A stretch of DNA of 64,000 nucleotides from Carcharhinus longimanus (lineage: Eukaryota): assembly GCA_030264375.1 (NCBI GenBank), contig JASCQW010000098.1, positions 34,596,301 to 34,660,300 of the forward strand. The letters are read 5' to 3'. Below are positions 1-11,588 of the stretch, one piece after another. Within the stretch, counting starts at the first letter, position 1; the number at the start of each line of letters is the position of its first letter. Below the pieces are notes generated by a model, which searched no databases, was not told where the DNA came from, and saw nothing but the letters and a program-made list of their open reading frames with translations. A program made the translations under genes and the position numbers.

Positions 1-1515
1 TCTGTATACGTTTTGATGCATCAAGAGAGGATATATGAGTCACTCATTCAGAATAAGTGAACAGACAATTGATGTGGAGACCAGAATGAGCTGGAAATGA
101 AATTTTTATGAAACCTTCTTCCTGTTCAGAGGCAGACTAGAGCTTCTATGATCGTTTCTGGTAACAATTGGCTTCAGATCCCTGGGCATCATAATCATGA
201 TTCTGCATTGTATTAACTTGGACTTAACTATAAGATTCAGCTTCTGTCTCCAATCAGTTGCTCTGTTTTATGAGTTCTGGAAAGGCCCAATAAAATCTGA
301 ATCATCATCAAACCTGGCTTCCAATTTCTTCGACTCCTCACCATGATCGTGCTTCTGCACTGAATTACATTGGTTATATTATAAAACTCAGCTTCTGATT
401 TGCTACTCTTCTGCAATAATTAAATTCTGATCAGTCTACTGTCCTTCACCCACTTATGCTGTGACTTCCATCTCCTGCTGCTTCTGAAACTGGCCACTGA
501 TTATTCAGCTTTCTCTGCTCCTATTTTAGTCTGTTTCTGGTCAGAAACTCACTCACCTGGACTGAAGTGCAGACCACTTTTGCTTTTGATTTTTACGGTG
601 ATCCCCAGTTTCATTAGCACATTCCAGCCTTGGAATCAATTCTGTACAGCTCCAGGATCTCTATTCTGACAGAAATATCTGCATCCCAAAAAGCTGAATT
701 TCACTCACGACACCTACCTCCGAATTCAGAAAACAGCTCATTGATCCTCCGTGCTCCCTCCTCCCTCTTATGTCAATGTTATTCCACCTTGGGACTTTTG
801 AATTTAACTCTGGAGTATTTCCTAATATTTCCAATTTCCTTTTTACTATCAGGAATTTATATATCTTAATAACTATTATATGACAGGCCCATATAACCTA
901 TGTTAATGTAAAATGAGTTTACCCTATATCAATTTGCACTGTGGCTGCTATACGTGATAGAAACCATCACTTCTAGTTCCACTTTCAGTCTTCTTTGTAC
1001 CTCTTTTCTCATTACCCTCCCTATCCGCATCTCATCTATCCTCATTTCTGCTTTCACTTCTCCTCCCTCAGCTGCTCTACTAGCCCAATCCCCTGCATAC
1101 ATGCCGCTGTAATACTCCTAGGCTTTCCAGCTGATCACAAACAGTTTTTCTCTGTACCTCCCTTGCCATCATCTGAAGGATTCATCTAGGCATGTAGTGC
1201 AGGCTCATTATCAGCAGCATCTTCAATTGCTCAACCTTGCTATCTCTGAGGTCTAATCAGCAATTTTTTTCAATTCCACCTTCTTTGTCCCACTGCAGAT
1301 CCTGTAGTTCCTGCCAGTGGGTCAGTTGGTCAGCTCTCACCGCCGCTCTCGGTATCTCCGTCCAGAATGTCCATTCACACGTGAACAAGGCTCTTGTCAT
1401 CCATAGACTTACTGTGGATGATTGCATCAACATCTGGGTGGCACGATGGTTAGCACTGCTATTTCATAGCGCCAGGGACCTGGGTTCGATTCCGACCTTG
1501 GGTCACCATCTGTGG

Positions 1516-3244
1516 GACAGTGGACAATAGGAAAAACTAGAACCAGAGGGCACAACCTCAGGCTAAAGGGATGATTCTTTAGAACAGAGATGAGGAAGAA
1601 TTTCTTCAGCCAAAGAGTGGTGAATCTGTGGAACTGTTTGCACAGAAAGCTGTGGAGACCAGGTCATTGAGTGTCTTTAAGATAGAAATAGATAGGTTCT
1701 TGGTGGGTAAATTGTTGGAAGGCATTTTGAGAGACAAGATCTACAGGCATATAGAGATGTGAGGACTGATTAGGAACAGTCAGCATGGCTTTGTGGGTGG
1801 AAAATCATGTCTCACAAATTTGATTGAGTTTTTGGAAGGGGTAACTAAAAAGGTAGATGAGGGCAGTGCAGTTGATGTTGTCTACATGGACTTTACCAAG
1901 GCCTTTGACAAGGTATCACATGGTAGGTTGTTGCGTAAAGTTAAATCTCACAGGATCCAGGGTGAGGCATCTAAATGGATACAAAATTGGCTTCTTGACA
2001 GAAGCCAGAGAATGGTTGTAGAGAATTGCTTTTCAAATTGGAGGCCTTTGTCCAGCGGTGTGCCTCAGGGATCAGTGCTGGGCCCACAGTTATTGGTCAT
2101 TTACATTAATGATTTGGATAAGAATATAGGGGGCATGGTTACTAAGTTTGCAGATGACACCAAGATTGGTGGCATGGTGGATAGTGAGGAAGGTTATCTC
2201 CAATTACAGTGGGATCTTGATCAATTGGGCCAGTGGGCTGACAAATGGCAGATGGAGTTTAATTTAGACAATATGCGAGGTAATGCAGGACTTAAACAGT
2301 TGGGGAGAGTTACAGAACAAAGAGATCTAGGGGTACATGTTCATAGCTCCTTGAAAATGGNNNNNNNNNNNNNNNNNNNNNNNNNNNNNNNNNNNNNNNN
2401 NNNNNNNNNNNNNNNNNNNNNNNNNNNNNNNNNNNNNNNNNNNNNNNNNNNNNNNNNNNNGGCATTCGGCATGCTTGGTTTCATCGGTCAGAACATTGAA
2501 TACAGGAGTTGGGACGTCCTGTTGAAGTTGTACAAGATATTGGTAAGGCCACACTTGGAATACTGAGTGCAATTCTGGTCACCCTATTAAAGAAAGAATG
2601 TTATTAAACTAGAAAAAGTGCAGAACAGATTAACTAGGATGCTACCAAGACTTGATGGATTGATTTATAAGGAGAGGTCGAATAGACTGCAACTTTTTTC
2701 TCTGGAGCATAGGAGGCTGAGGGGTGACCTTATAGAGGTCTATAAAATAATGAGGGGCGTAGACAAGGTAGATAGTCAATATCTTTTGCCAAAGGTAGGG
2801 GAATCTAAAACTAGAGGGCATAGGCTTAAGGTGAGAGGAGAGAGATACAAAATTATCCAGAGGGGCAATTTTTTCACACAGAGGGTAGTGAGTGTCTGGA
2901 ACAAGCTGCCAGAGGTAGTAGTACAGGCGGCTACAATTTTATCTTTTAAAAAGCATTTAAATGGTTACATGGGTACGATGGATATAGAGGGATATGGGCC
3001 AAATGTGGGCAATTGGGATTAGGCTCAGGGTTTCAAAAAAAAGGGCAGCATGGACAAGTTGGGCCAAAGGGCCTGTTTCCATGCTGTAAACCTCTATAAC
3101 TGTATTAATTAATAAGGATATCAGGTGTTATGAGGAAAAGGCAGGAGAATGGGGATGAAAAAAAACAGGTATGATTGAATGGCGGAGCAGACTCGATGGG
3201 CAGAGTGGCCTAACTCTGCTCCTAAGTCCTATGGTCTTATGGTC
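1516..3244 (+). mobile_element. CR1 LINE 3' fragment (1516-1702 and 3109-3244), host of a second CR1
   Basis: Encodes TRGHNL...RNFFSQRVVNLWN...IDRFL, resumes at attaataaggatatc and ends in ctatggtcttatggtc. Confidence 0.85.
1703..3104 (+). mobile_element. 5'-truncated CR1 (HER1-like) LINE, RT and C-terminus, decayed
   Basis: ORFs 1793-2566 and 2618-3022 contain SCLTNLIEF, VDVVYMDFTKAFDKV, GVPQGSVLGP, KFADDTK and NFFTQRVVSVWNKLP; ctctata tail. Confidence 0.95.
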
Positions 3245-3679
3245 TGTGCAGAGTTTGTATGTTCACCCTGTGTCTGCGTGGGTTTCTTCCAGGTGCTCCG
3301 GTTTCCCCCCATAGTCCAAAAATATGCTGGTTAATGCATTGGCCATGCTAAATTGACCCTTTTGCCTCAGAATGTGTAGGTTAGAGGGATTAACGAGGTA
3401 AATATGTGAGGTTACGGGGATAGGATCTAGGTGGGATTGTTGTTGGTGCAGACTCGATGGGCTGAATGTCTGCTTCTGCACAGTACGGATTCTATAATTT
3501 CTTCGATAATTATAGCTTTATCTTAAACCTTGCTAAGGGTCGTTTGGTTCTTATCACCAAATTGCACCTTGGTCTGTCTTCTTACTCCTTTGCCACTTTG
3601 TCCTACCTTAGGAATCTGAATATTCACAGCTCCTCAGATACTGAAGCAATCCTTACTTGCATTCAGTGCCACACATGTA

Positions 3680-4240
3680 CCAGGCAATGACAGCCAAAGA
3701 AAATCTCAACATCTCTCCTTGTCATAGCCATTGCTTCATTCTTCACCAGCAACTTCCTGGAGGTTACCATTAACCAGAAACTTAATTGGACCAAATATAG
3801 ATACCATGGCTACAAGAATGGATCAGAGGCTGGAAATTCTCTGGTGGGTGATACACATTCTCTTGTAGTTCACCAACTACAAGGCACCAGTCAGGAGTTT
3901 GTTGGAATATTCTTCACCTTACCGGATGGCTACAGCTTCAACAATGCAACCTGTTTGACCAGTACCTAATCCAGCTCCTTAAATATTCAACAATTCTGCA
4001 TCAGAGCATGGTGTGTACCATCCATAAGCTGCACTGAGCATTTCGCTAAGTCTCCTTCAACAGCACCTTCAAACACATGATCTTTAACATCTAGAAGGGC
4101 AAGGGCAGATAAACATAGGACACCACCAACTGAAATTCCCATCCAAGCCACACACTATCCTGACCTGGAGCTATGTTGCTGTTTCTTCACTGTTGCTTGT
4201 CAAAATCCTGGAACTCACTTTCTAACTGTACTGTGAAGGA
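3680..4240 (+). mobile_element. Old non-LTR (CR1/L2-group) LINE 3' remnant
   Basis: Colinear with 49370-50290 (ccattaaccagaaacttaattggacc, gctacaaga, ccacacactatcctgacctgga). Confidence 0.75.
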
Positions 4241-4467
4241 TCAGACATTGAGATTTTCATCTGAGCTGATGCGCCAAGTAGGCACACCATATTGACACTG
4301 TCACAACAGAGTTGGGCTGGTCATGTAGCCAGGATGCCTGACCCACAGATACATGGCTTAATTTTCCAGCCCTTCCCACCGGCAGGATCTTCCGGTCCTG
4401 CTAATAGCGACCTGCCACAGCGGGTTCTCCAACAAAGCAGCTGACAAACAAGATACAACAGCATTTA

Positions 4468-4744
4468 CATAGAAACTATAAAAACTCTACAGTGCAGAAG
4501 GAGGCCATCAACTGATCGAGTCTGCACCGACAATAATCCCACCCCAGGCCCTAGCCCCACAACTCCACACATTTATCTCGCTAATTCCTCTAACCTACAC
4601 ATCCTGGACATTGTGTGCAATTTAACATAACCAATCAACCTAACCCACATATCTTTGGACTGTGGGAGCAAACCAGAGCATCCAGAGGAAACCCATGCAG
4701 ACAGGGGGAGATTGTACAAACCCCACACAGACAGCGACCCAAGC
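4468..4744 (-). mobile_element. HE1-like V-SINE, 5'-truncated
   Basis: tctttggactgtgggagcaaaccagagcatccagaggaaacccatgcagacag core and tail. Confidence 0.9.
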
Positions 4745-5349
4745 ATTCAGAGCATTGAGAAAACACAAGGAGGAAATTCTGAACGAACAGCTCCAAAACT
4801 CATCCAATCCTCGGCAGTATCTTACACTATTTACAGCAGAACATTCTGGATTCAAACATTCCCAGTGACCTATGTCTCCACTGGAACCTTACTAAACACC
4901 ACAAGTGATGAACATGGCCACGTTCATTTGAATGATGAACAAGGTGAGTGCACCTATACCACATGGATGCTAGAAGTTCAGGAATGTGGCTCCCATCAAA
5001 GGAATGTAGGATAGTCAATGAATTCTGGCTTTGCCAGCTATGTTTCAAGAACACATTAGAAAAATATCACTTTGCAACCTGCATTTGTGTCTAATAATAC
5101 TCAGCTAATTTCTCCTTCTCTCCTTCAACTCATTAAATTTGCAGAGATCTCCCAAAGGAAGCTGCTTTAATTTTATGTGCCCTGGATATGAATGTCATTG
5201 GCACGACCATTACTTGGCACGACCATTACATAGGCCAATATTATTGGCCTATTTTAATGCTCCACCATTGATGGTCAGTAAACTTGGACCTAAGCTCAAA
5301 AATTTCCTGTCTAAATATCTTTGGCTCTCTACCTCTCTTTTCTCTTTGG

Positions 5350-5602
5350 GAACATAAGAAATAGGAGCAGGAGTAGGCCATCTAGCCCCACGAGCCTGCC
5401 CGCCATTCAATAAGATCATGGCTGATCTGAAAGTGGTTCAGTTCCACTTACCCCCTGCTCCCCATAACCCTTGATTCTCTTATTGGTCAGAAATCTATCT
5501 ACCTGTGACTTAAACATATTCAACAAGGTAGCCTCCACGGCTTCAATGGGCAGAGAATTCCAAAGATTCACTACCCTCTGAGAGAAGAAGTTCCTCCTCA
5601 AC
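5350..5602 (-). mobile_element. CR1 LINE 3' end
   Basis: LRRNFFSQRVVNLWNSLP...KGYGE; tail ttcttatgttc; runs into a gap. Confidence 0.9.
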
Positions 5603-5939
5603 NNNNNNNNNNNNNNNNNNNNNNNNNNNNNNNNNNNNNNNNNNNNNNNNNNNNNNNNNNNNNNNNNNNNNNNNNNNNNNNNNNNNNNNNNNNNNNNNNN
5701 NNCTGAAGGGCCTCTTTCTGCACTGTAGGGTTCTATGTTCTCGAGCGCTCCCTGTAGGAAACTTTGGACACCTGAATGACAATGTGTTGCAGACATCATC
5801 AGCCGCTACCTGCAAGAGACTGTTAAAGTGGAAAGAAAAAAATGACAGTGAACTTCCCAGCTGCAGGAAGAGTCAATCTTAACCTGGCGAAAGGTTGTCA
5901 TGGAGAATGAAGTGAAAATTAGTGAAGCAAAGCCTCTTG

Positions 5940-6529
5940 AGGCTCCGTTCCTGCCCCATCGCAATGTAAGACTAGTGATTCTGGAAGACACTCTCAGAGT
6001 GTGTCCTCCTCCTCCCTCCTTACGACTACTGCCCCCATACAAATGGAGGAAAATGTAAATTTCTGCCTTTCCATGGTCAGCAAAAACAGTCAAACTCCTC
6101 TGACAACTCACCACAGCGGTTCCACCAAATTTGCCTGAGCAGAGGTAAGTCAAAAGCATCTTAGTTGCAACTGTTGAATGGTCCTTGATATAGGCCCAGA
6201 CAGGGCTTAGTTTGCGTAGTAACATTGTTGTTTCAGAAGTGAATATGAAATCAGGCTCTGAGCAGAATTATTTGGAAGTACATTCATCGAGGATATGCAG
6301 CCTTCCCCTACATCACAAATACTGTCTTGATTTACCTCTGCTCAGGCGAATTTGGTAGAAGCGCTGTGGTGAGTTGTCAGAGGAGTTTGACTACTTTTGC
6401 TGACCATGGAAAGGCAGAGATTTACATTTGTATGGGGGCAGTAGTTGTAAGGGGAGAGGAGGAGGACACACTCTCAGAGTGTCTTCCAGAAGCACTAGCC
6501 TTACATTGGGTGGGGTAGGAACAGAGCCT
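5940..6529. repeat. Inverted duplication, arms 5940-6153 and 6327-6529, 173-bp spacer
   Basis: Arms are reverse complements with roughly 90% identity and one ~11-bp indel. Confidence 0.9.
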
Positions 6530-7472
6530 GCACTCCCGTTACAAAATCTTAATAACAATGAGTTGCATCAGCTCATAAAATAATGACCCTTCTTTAACCT
6601 CTTTAGACACATGCAGTAAAATGCAAGGGTTGGAGTTATTCCTCTTATCTCACATCAGATGGGAATAGCCAGTAGCACTTCTCTGGATATGGCCTCCTGT
6701 TGAGAACCATTCTCCACTTCCTGTCAAGAATCCTTTTCCCCCCTCCCCACTTCATCATTGAGCAGTTTATCTCACTCTAATCACCTTTGCTCATTCTTTC
6801 AGTCATGCTGAATGCCAAGCAGAAGGTCTAGTGGTCAACCCATGTGTGGAAGCAAGTGGTTTGGAGTCAAAAAGATATATCGCTACCTGTAGACTACTCC
6901 CTACAGATTAGTGAAACTTGAAACAGCTATCAAATGTATCCATATTGTGTAAATTTACAGAAACAGGCAAAATCGACCAGCAACTAACCTGTAAATAGCT
7001 CATAATCTATTTAAGCAGCACTAGTATTGTGTTTATGTGAAGGAAGAGAGTTATTGGTTAAATATGTATTCAGCCTGATGGTGCTGCTGGAACTTAAAAG
7101 CTGCCAGCCATCTGATTGGGCAGCAGATCCTGGAGGTGGGACCTTTGCCATTAAAGGGATAGAAGCCCCTATGGCAGGCAGTTAACTGCCTGATAGATGT
7201 GAAATTATATTGGAGATTCAAGCAATGGCTATGGAGGGGTTGCTCTGCTTTCCACCCATTGGACAGAACCATCCCCGTGGCCATTAACTTCAGCTTGAAG
7301 TGCACTTGCTTGCCCCAGATATCATTTTGAAAGTTTAAGGATACTCCTGCTGGGACTACCAGCATCTGATTTCACTCTCCAATATACAAACTACACAGGC
7401 TCTGAGCAGAATTATTTAGAAATACATTCAGTGAGGATATGCAGCCTTCCCCTACACCACAAATACTCTTGA
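6252..7472 (+). repeat. ~78-bp direct duplication (6252-6330 and 7396-7472)
   Basis: caggctctgagcagaattattt...gaggatatgcagccttcccctac...acaaatact occurs twice. Confidence 0.9.
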
Positions 7473-8490
7473 ATCGCCACAATCACTGTTGCTTAATGTT
7501 AGTGATGCCACTCTGTAAAATATATACGACTTTCTGTATTTACCACAATTGAGTTCTATTGAGAAATTTACTTTGCATAAACTAATGATCCTTGTTGATT
7601 CTGAGTGGAGTGTACGTGATCTAACATTTTTATGTGGTATTCTAGCTTATTATCGAGCAATGCTTCTAGTCGCAACAAATTAAGTGTGGAGTTGTTGCAT
7701 TTTTATGGAGTTGCAGTTACGAGAGAGATTGAAATGCAAGGATACTTCAAATGTTTTTTTAAGTATCTACCAACAACGATTCTATCTTTCTTTAATAAGG
7801 GTTCACATTGCATGTCGTTTTCAACCCAACAACAATACAAATTACAACAAATGGTTGAACAGTTTAAGGATTTCTTTTAATTGTAACAGATGTTAAACCA
7901 ATACATTAGAAATTGTTCAAAGAAAAAGCATTATCCTTCCAGTAGCATATTCTAGGCGTAAGTTGCCACTATAAACTCAGCACTTATTTACATTCCACCC
8001 TCTTTTGTCTGACTCATATAATTAAGCACTCCCCTGTGGTACTTACGTCTTTCTCCCATAGCTGAATGGGATGTTTTGCTCTGCTCCCTGGTTGTTCCAC
8101 TTGTATACCAATAAATGGGTTCCAGGTGAGTGGTATTAGTCAAAATACTCAGTGACCAAATACTTTTAAAGATAATGAGACAGAATAATTTTGGCTAATG
8201 TTTCCCACCTGGAAACTATTTATTACTCACAAGTATGACAATTAAGCAAAAAAGCTTTTCCTGCGCTATTAACTCAGCCTATTTGTGTCGAGGCAAGCAA
8301 TTCAGAGGGAAATACCAATTTGTTGGTATCGAACAATAAATAAAATGTTGAATGGGAAAAATAAATTGCACATCTTTGTCTACCAATCTGTCTATCTAAT
8401 TTTCCATTTGTTAAGCCTTTTGTCTGTCTATCTCTGGATAATAACGGTGATCAATGTTGACTACTTCATGAGCTCTTTGGTCTGGTTGGT

Positions 8491-8623
8491 GCCTACAAAC
8501 ATAGTAGTAACAGGCATCGTAGTCTGAAGATGCTCAATTTTGTCTGATCTCGGAAGCTAAGCAGACTTAGGTCAATATTTGGATGAGGGGACTGCCTGGG
8601 AATACCAGCTGCAATAGGTTTTT
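8491..8623 (+). pseudogene. 5S rRNA-derived sequence (pseudogene or SINE head)
   Basis: gtctgatctcggaagctaagcag matches vertebrate 5S exactly; ttggatg...actgcctgggaatacc...taggttttt end; short tandem duplication near the 5' end and a small internal deletion. Confidence 0.9.
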
Positions 8624-8627
8624 ATCA

Positions 8628-8700
8628 GCCACAATAGTTCAGTTAGAAGGGTGTTAGTCTGAAGATCTAAATGTCCCTTGTTCAATCCCAGTTTTCCATT
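8628..8700 (+). pseudogene. tRNA-Phe(GAA)-derived pseudogene
   Basis: Colinear without indels to GCCGAAATAGCTCAGTTGGGAGAGCGTTAGACTGAAGATCTAAAGGTCCCTGGTTCGATCCCGGGTTTCGGCA; anticodon gaa at 8661-8663; acceptor stem degraded. Confidence 0.85.
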
Positions 8701-9770
8701 GGCTTCCTTCACTAATTCACATTACTTTGACTTCCTCCTGTGGTCTGGGTCAATCTGAACTGGTAAACCTGGCTCAAATCCTACCATGGTAGATGATTTC
8801 AATAGAAAATTGCCCTGTTGTAGCCATGGATGAGCCGGAAAGGATTGGTTTGCATTTTCTACAAAACTTTTTTGTTAGAATTGGTTTAAATTTTTGTTAC
8901 TATTGCTACAAATGATATCAATTCCTGGAAACAGAATAATTTCAATTTTTAGTGCAATTACTGCTATCTTACAGGAGTTTGAGGTTAGCTTCAGCAAAAG
9001 TTTGTCTTCATGTATCTCCTTATCAATCTTTCCACGAATATTTATATCTCTCCATCTTTTTCTCTAACTAAGGACATATTCTTCAATCTACATCTTTCTC
9101 TTTAGCAATCTAAAAGGGTACTTGGAAGATTGATAGATCAGAAAAGTAATATGACCACAGGGACTGACAGTAATGGAAAAGGAAATATAATGCTGATATT
9201 GTGGTATAGTCAATGGGAGGTGGACATTTAGACACATTATTAGTGTAGTTCCAATGATTATTTATCTAATTCCTAGTTTGTGCTACACCTGACCTTGGAC
9301 TTCTTTGCATGCATCGGGAATTGGAAAATATTCTCATTTCAGGAATTACAATTGTCCACAATGATAAGAACAGAAGTTAAAACATTTTGTGGAAAAGTGT
9401 CAACCAAATCAAAGAGCACATGATTAGTTACTGCTAACTGTTACGCAGACTATTCTAAATAGAAGTAATTGGAATTTAAGTGCTGCAAACTAGGTTATTT
9501 CAAATGCACCAAATAAATTGTCAACAATGACAAATATAACAATTGTTAAAATACAAATAATATACTCACATTATGATAGAATTTATTATTTCATGGGAGC
9601 TGCTTTTGAATTTTTTTCTGGTTTTATCTTAAGGGTGCTTGATAATACAAGCCTTTGAGCCTAGTTAAATGCCATAAGTAGTAATTGTTGACTAATAATG
9701 CCAGGATCTTTATGAGCATAATTTCAGTTGTTAAAATGTATTTGCAATGACCTTGTAAGTATTTAAATAT

Positions 9771-10106
9771 GGGGCAGCATGGTGGTACAGTTGTTAGCAT
9801 GGCTGCCTGAATGTGCCAGGGGCCCGGGTTCAATTATGTCCTTAGGTGACTGCCTCTGTGGAGTTTGCACATTCTCCTTGTGTCTGCGTGACTTTCTTCT
9901 AGGAACTCCAGTTTCATCCTGCAATCCAAAGATGTGCTATGTTAAATTGCCTCATAGTGTGTAAAGATTTGTAGGCTAGGGAGATTAGCAGGGTGAATGC
10001 ATGGGATTATAGGGATAGAGCGGAGTATAAGTAAGATGCTCTGTTGGAGAATCAGTATAGACTCGATGGGCCAAATGGCCTCCTTTTGTATTGGAGGGGC
10101 TCTGTG
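9771..10106 (+). mobile_element. HE1-like V-SINE, near full length
   Basis: ggggcagcatggtggtacag head, B box gggttcaatt, V-domain core, CR1-like tail. Confidence 0.9.
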
Positions 10107-10266
10107 AAACAATTCAGAATTTATTATTTCAACTGCTGAGAATGTATTTGCTTACATATAGAGCTGAGAATGTATTTATTTATATAAAAAGAGACAAATT
10201 GAGAGCAAACCTTGTTCAATAGTGGAAGGAATGGAACAATGTGCAGCAATTATTTAAAGAATCACA

Positions 10267-11331
10267 GGGATCTTGATCAATTGGGCCAGTGGGCTAACAA
10301 ATGGCAGATGGAGTTTAATTTAGACTAATGCAAGGTGATGCATTTTGGTAGATTGAACCAGGGCAGGACTTACTCAATTAATAATAGGGTGTTAGCGAGA
10401 GTTACAGAACAAAGAATCTAGGGGTACAGATTCATAGCTCCTTGAAAGTAGAGTCACAGGTGGACAGAGTGGTGAAGAAGGCATTTGGCATGCTTGGTTT
10501 CATCAGTCAGNNNNNNNNNNNNNNNNNNNNNNNNNNNNNNNNNNNNNNNNNNNNNNNNNNNNNNNNNNNNNNNNNNNNNNNNNNNNNNNNNNNNNNNNNN
10601 NNNNNNNNNNCAGGACTTACTTGGTTAATGGTAGGGCGTTGAGGAGAGTTACAAAACAAAGAGATCTAGGGGTACATGTTCATAGCTCCTTGAAAGTTGA
10701 GTCACAGGAGAACGGAATGGTGAAGAAGGCATTCGGCATGCTTGGTTTCATTGGTCAGAACATTGAATACAGGAGTTTGGATGTCTTGTTATAGTTGTAC
10801 AAGACATTGGTAAGGCCACGCCTGGAATACTGTGTGCAATTCTGGTCACCCTATTATAGAAAGGATATTATTGAACTAGAGAGAGTGCAGAAAGGATTTA
10901 CTAGGATGCTACTGAGACTTGATGGATTGAGTTATAAGGAGAGGCTGAATTGACTGGGACTTTTTTCTCTGGAACGTCTGTAAAATAATGAGGGGCATAA
11001 ACAAGGTAGATAGTCAACATCTTTTCCCAAAGTTTGGGGAGTCTAAAACTGGAGGACATAGGTTTAAGGTTTAAATGTCCAGAGGGGCAATTTTTTCACA
11101 CAGTGGGTGGTGAATGTCTGGAACAAGCTGCCAGAGATAGTAATAGCGGCAGGTACAATTTTATCTTTTGAAAAGCATTTAGATAGTTACATAGGTATGA
11201 TGGATATAGAGGGATATGGGCCAAATGCGGGCAATTGAGATTAGCATAGAGGTTTTAAAAAAGAAAGGGCGACATGGACAAGTTGGGCTGAAGGGCCTGT
11301 TTCCATGCTATAGATCTCATTGACTCTATGA
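10267..11331 (+). mobile_element. CR1 (HER1-like) LINE 3' part, same subfamily as 1703-3104
   Basis: High identity to 2211-3101; tail gactctatga; contains a gap. Confidence 0.9.
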
Positions 11332-11357
11332 CACAGACTTTATATTCCACTGGCACA

Positions 11358-11588
11358 TCATGTGGGGTTTAATTCAGTTGGCTGGACAGCTGGTTAGAGA
11401 TGCACAGTGACGCCAACATTGTGGGTTCAGTTTCCAAACCAGCTGAGGTTATTTATGAAGGCCTACCTTCTCAAACCTGCCCCTCGCCTGAGGTGTGGTG
11501 ACCCTCAGGTTAAATCGCCTTCAATCAGCTCTTCCTCTCAAAGGGGAGAATAGCCTCTGATCATCTGGAATGATGCTGACTTTACCTT
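11358..11588 (+). mobile_element. tRNA-derived SINE of a distinct family
   Basis: A-box-like taattcagttgg, B-box-like gggttcagtttcc, body with ctgagg-tgtggtgac-cctcag hairpin, tail ctttaccttta. Confidence 0.6.

Larger units (their letters stand above)
1436..3497 (+). mobile_element. HE1-like V-SINE split in two (1436-1515 and 3245-3497) by nested CR1 insertions
   Basis: tRNA-like head (tggttagcactgct...gggttcgattcc) stops at catctgtg; the SINE body resumes at ggtctgtgcagagtttg and ends in a CR1-like tail (gattctata). Confidence 0.85.

Noticed and set aside
5350-5740. Tail-out LINE pairs across gaps (also 37576-38016) as composite or dsRNA-forming elements
   Set aside because: Interiors are N, the subfamilies differ and no TSD was found.
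8628-8700. Functional tRNA-Phe gene
   Set aside because: Acceptor stem and A/B boxes are mutated; treated as a pseudogene.
10364-10759. Duplicated CR1 segment on both sides of a gap
   Set aside because: Cannot be separated from mis-scaffolding of two copies or haplotypes.
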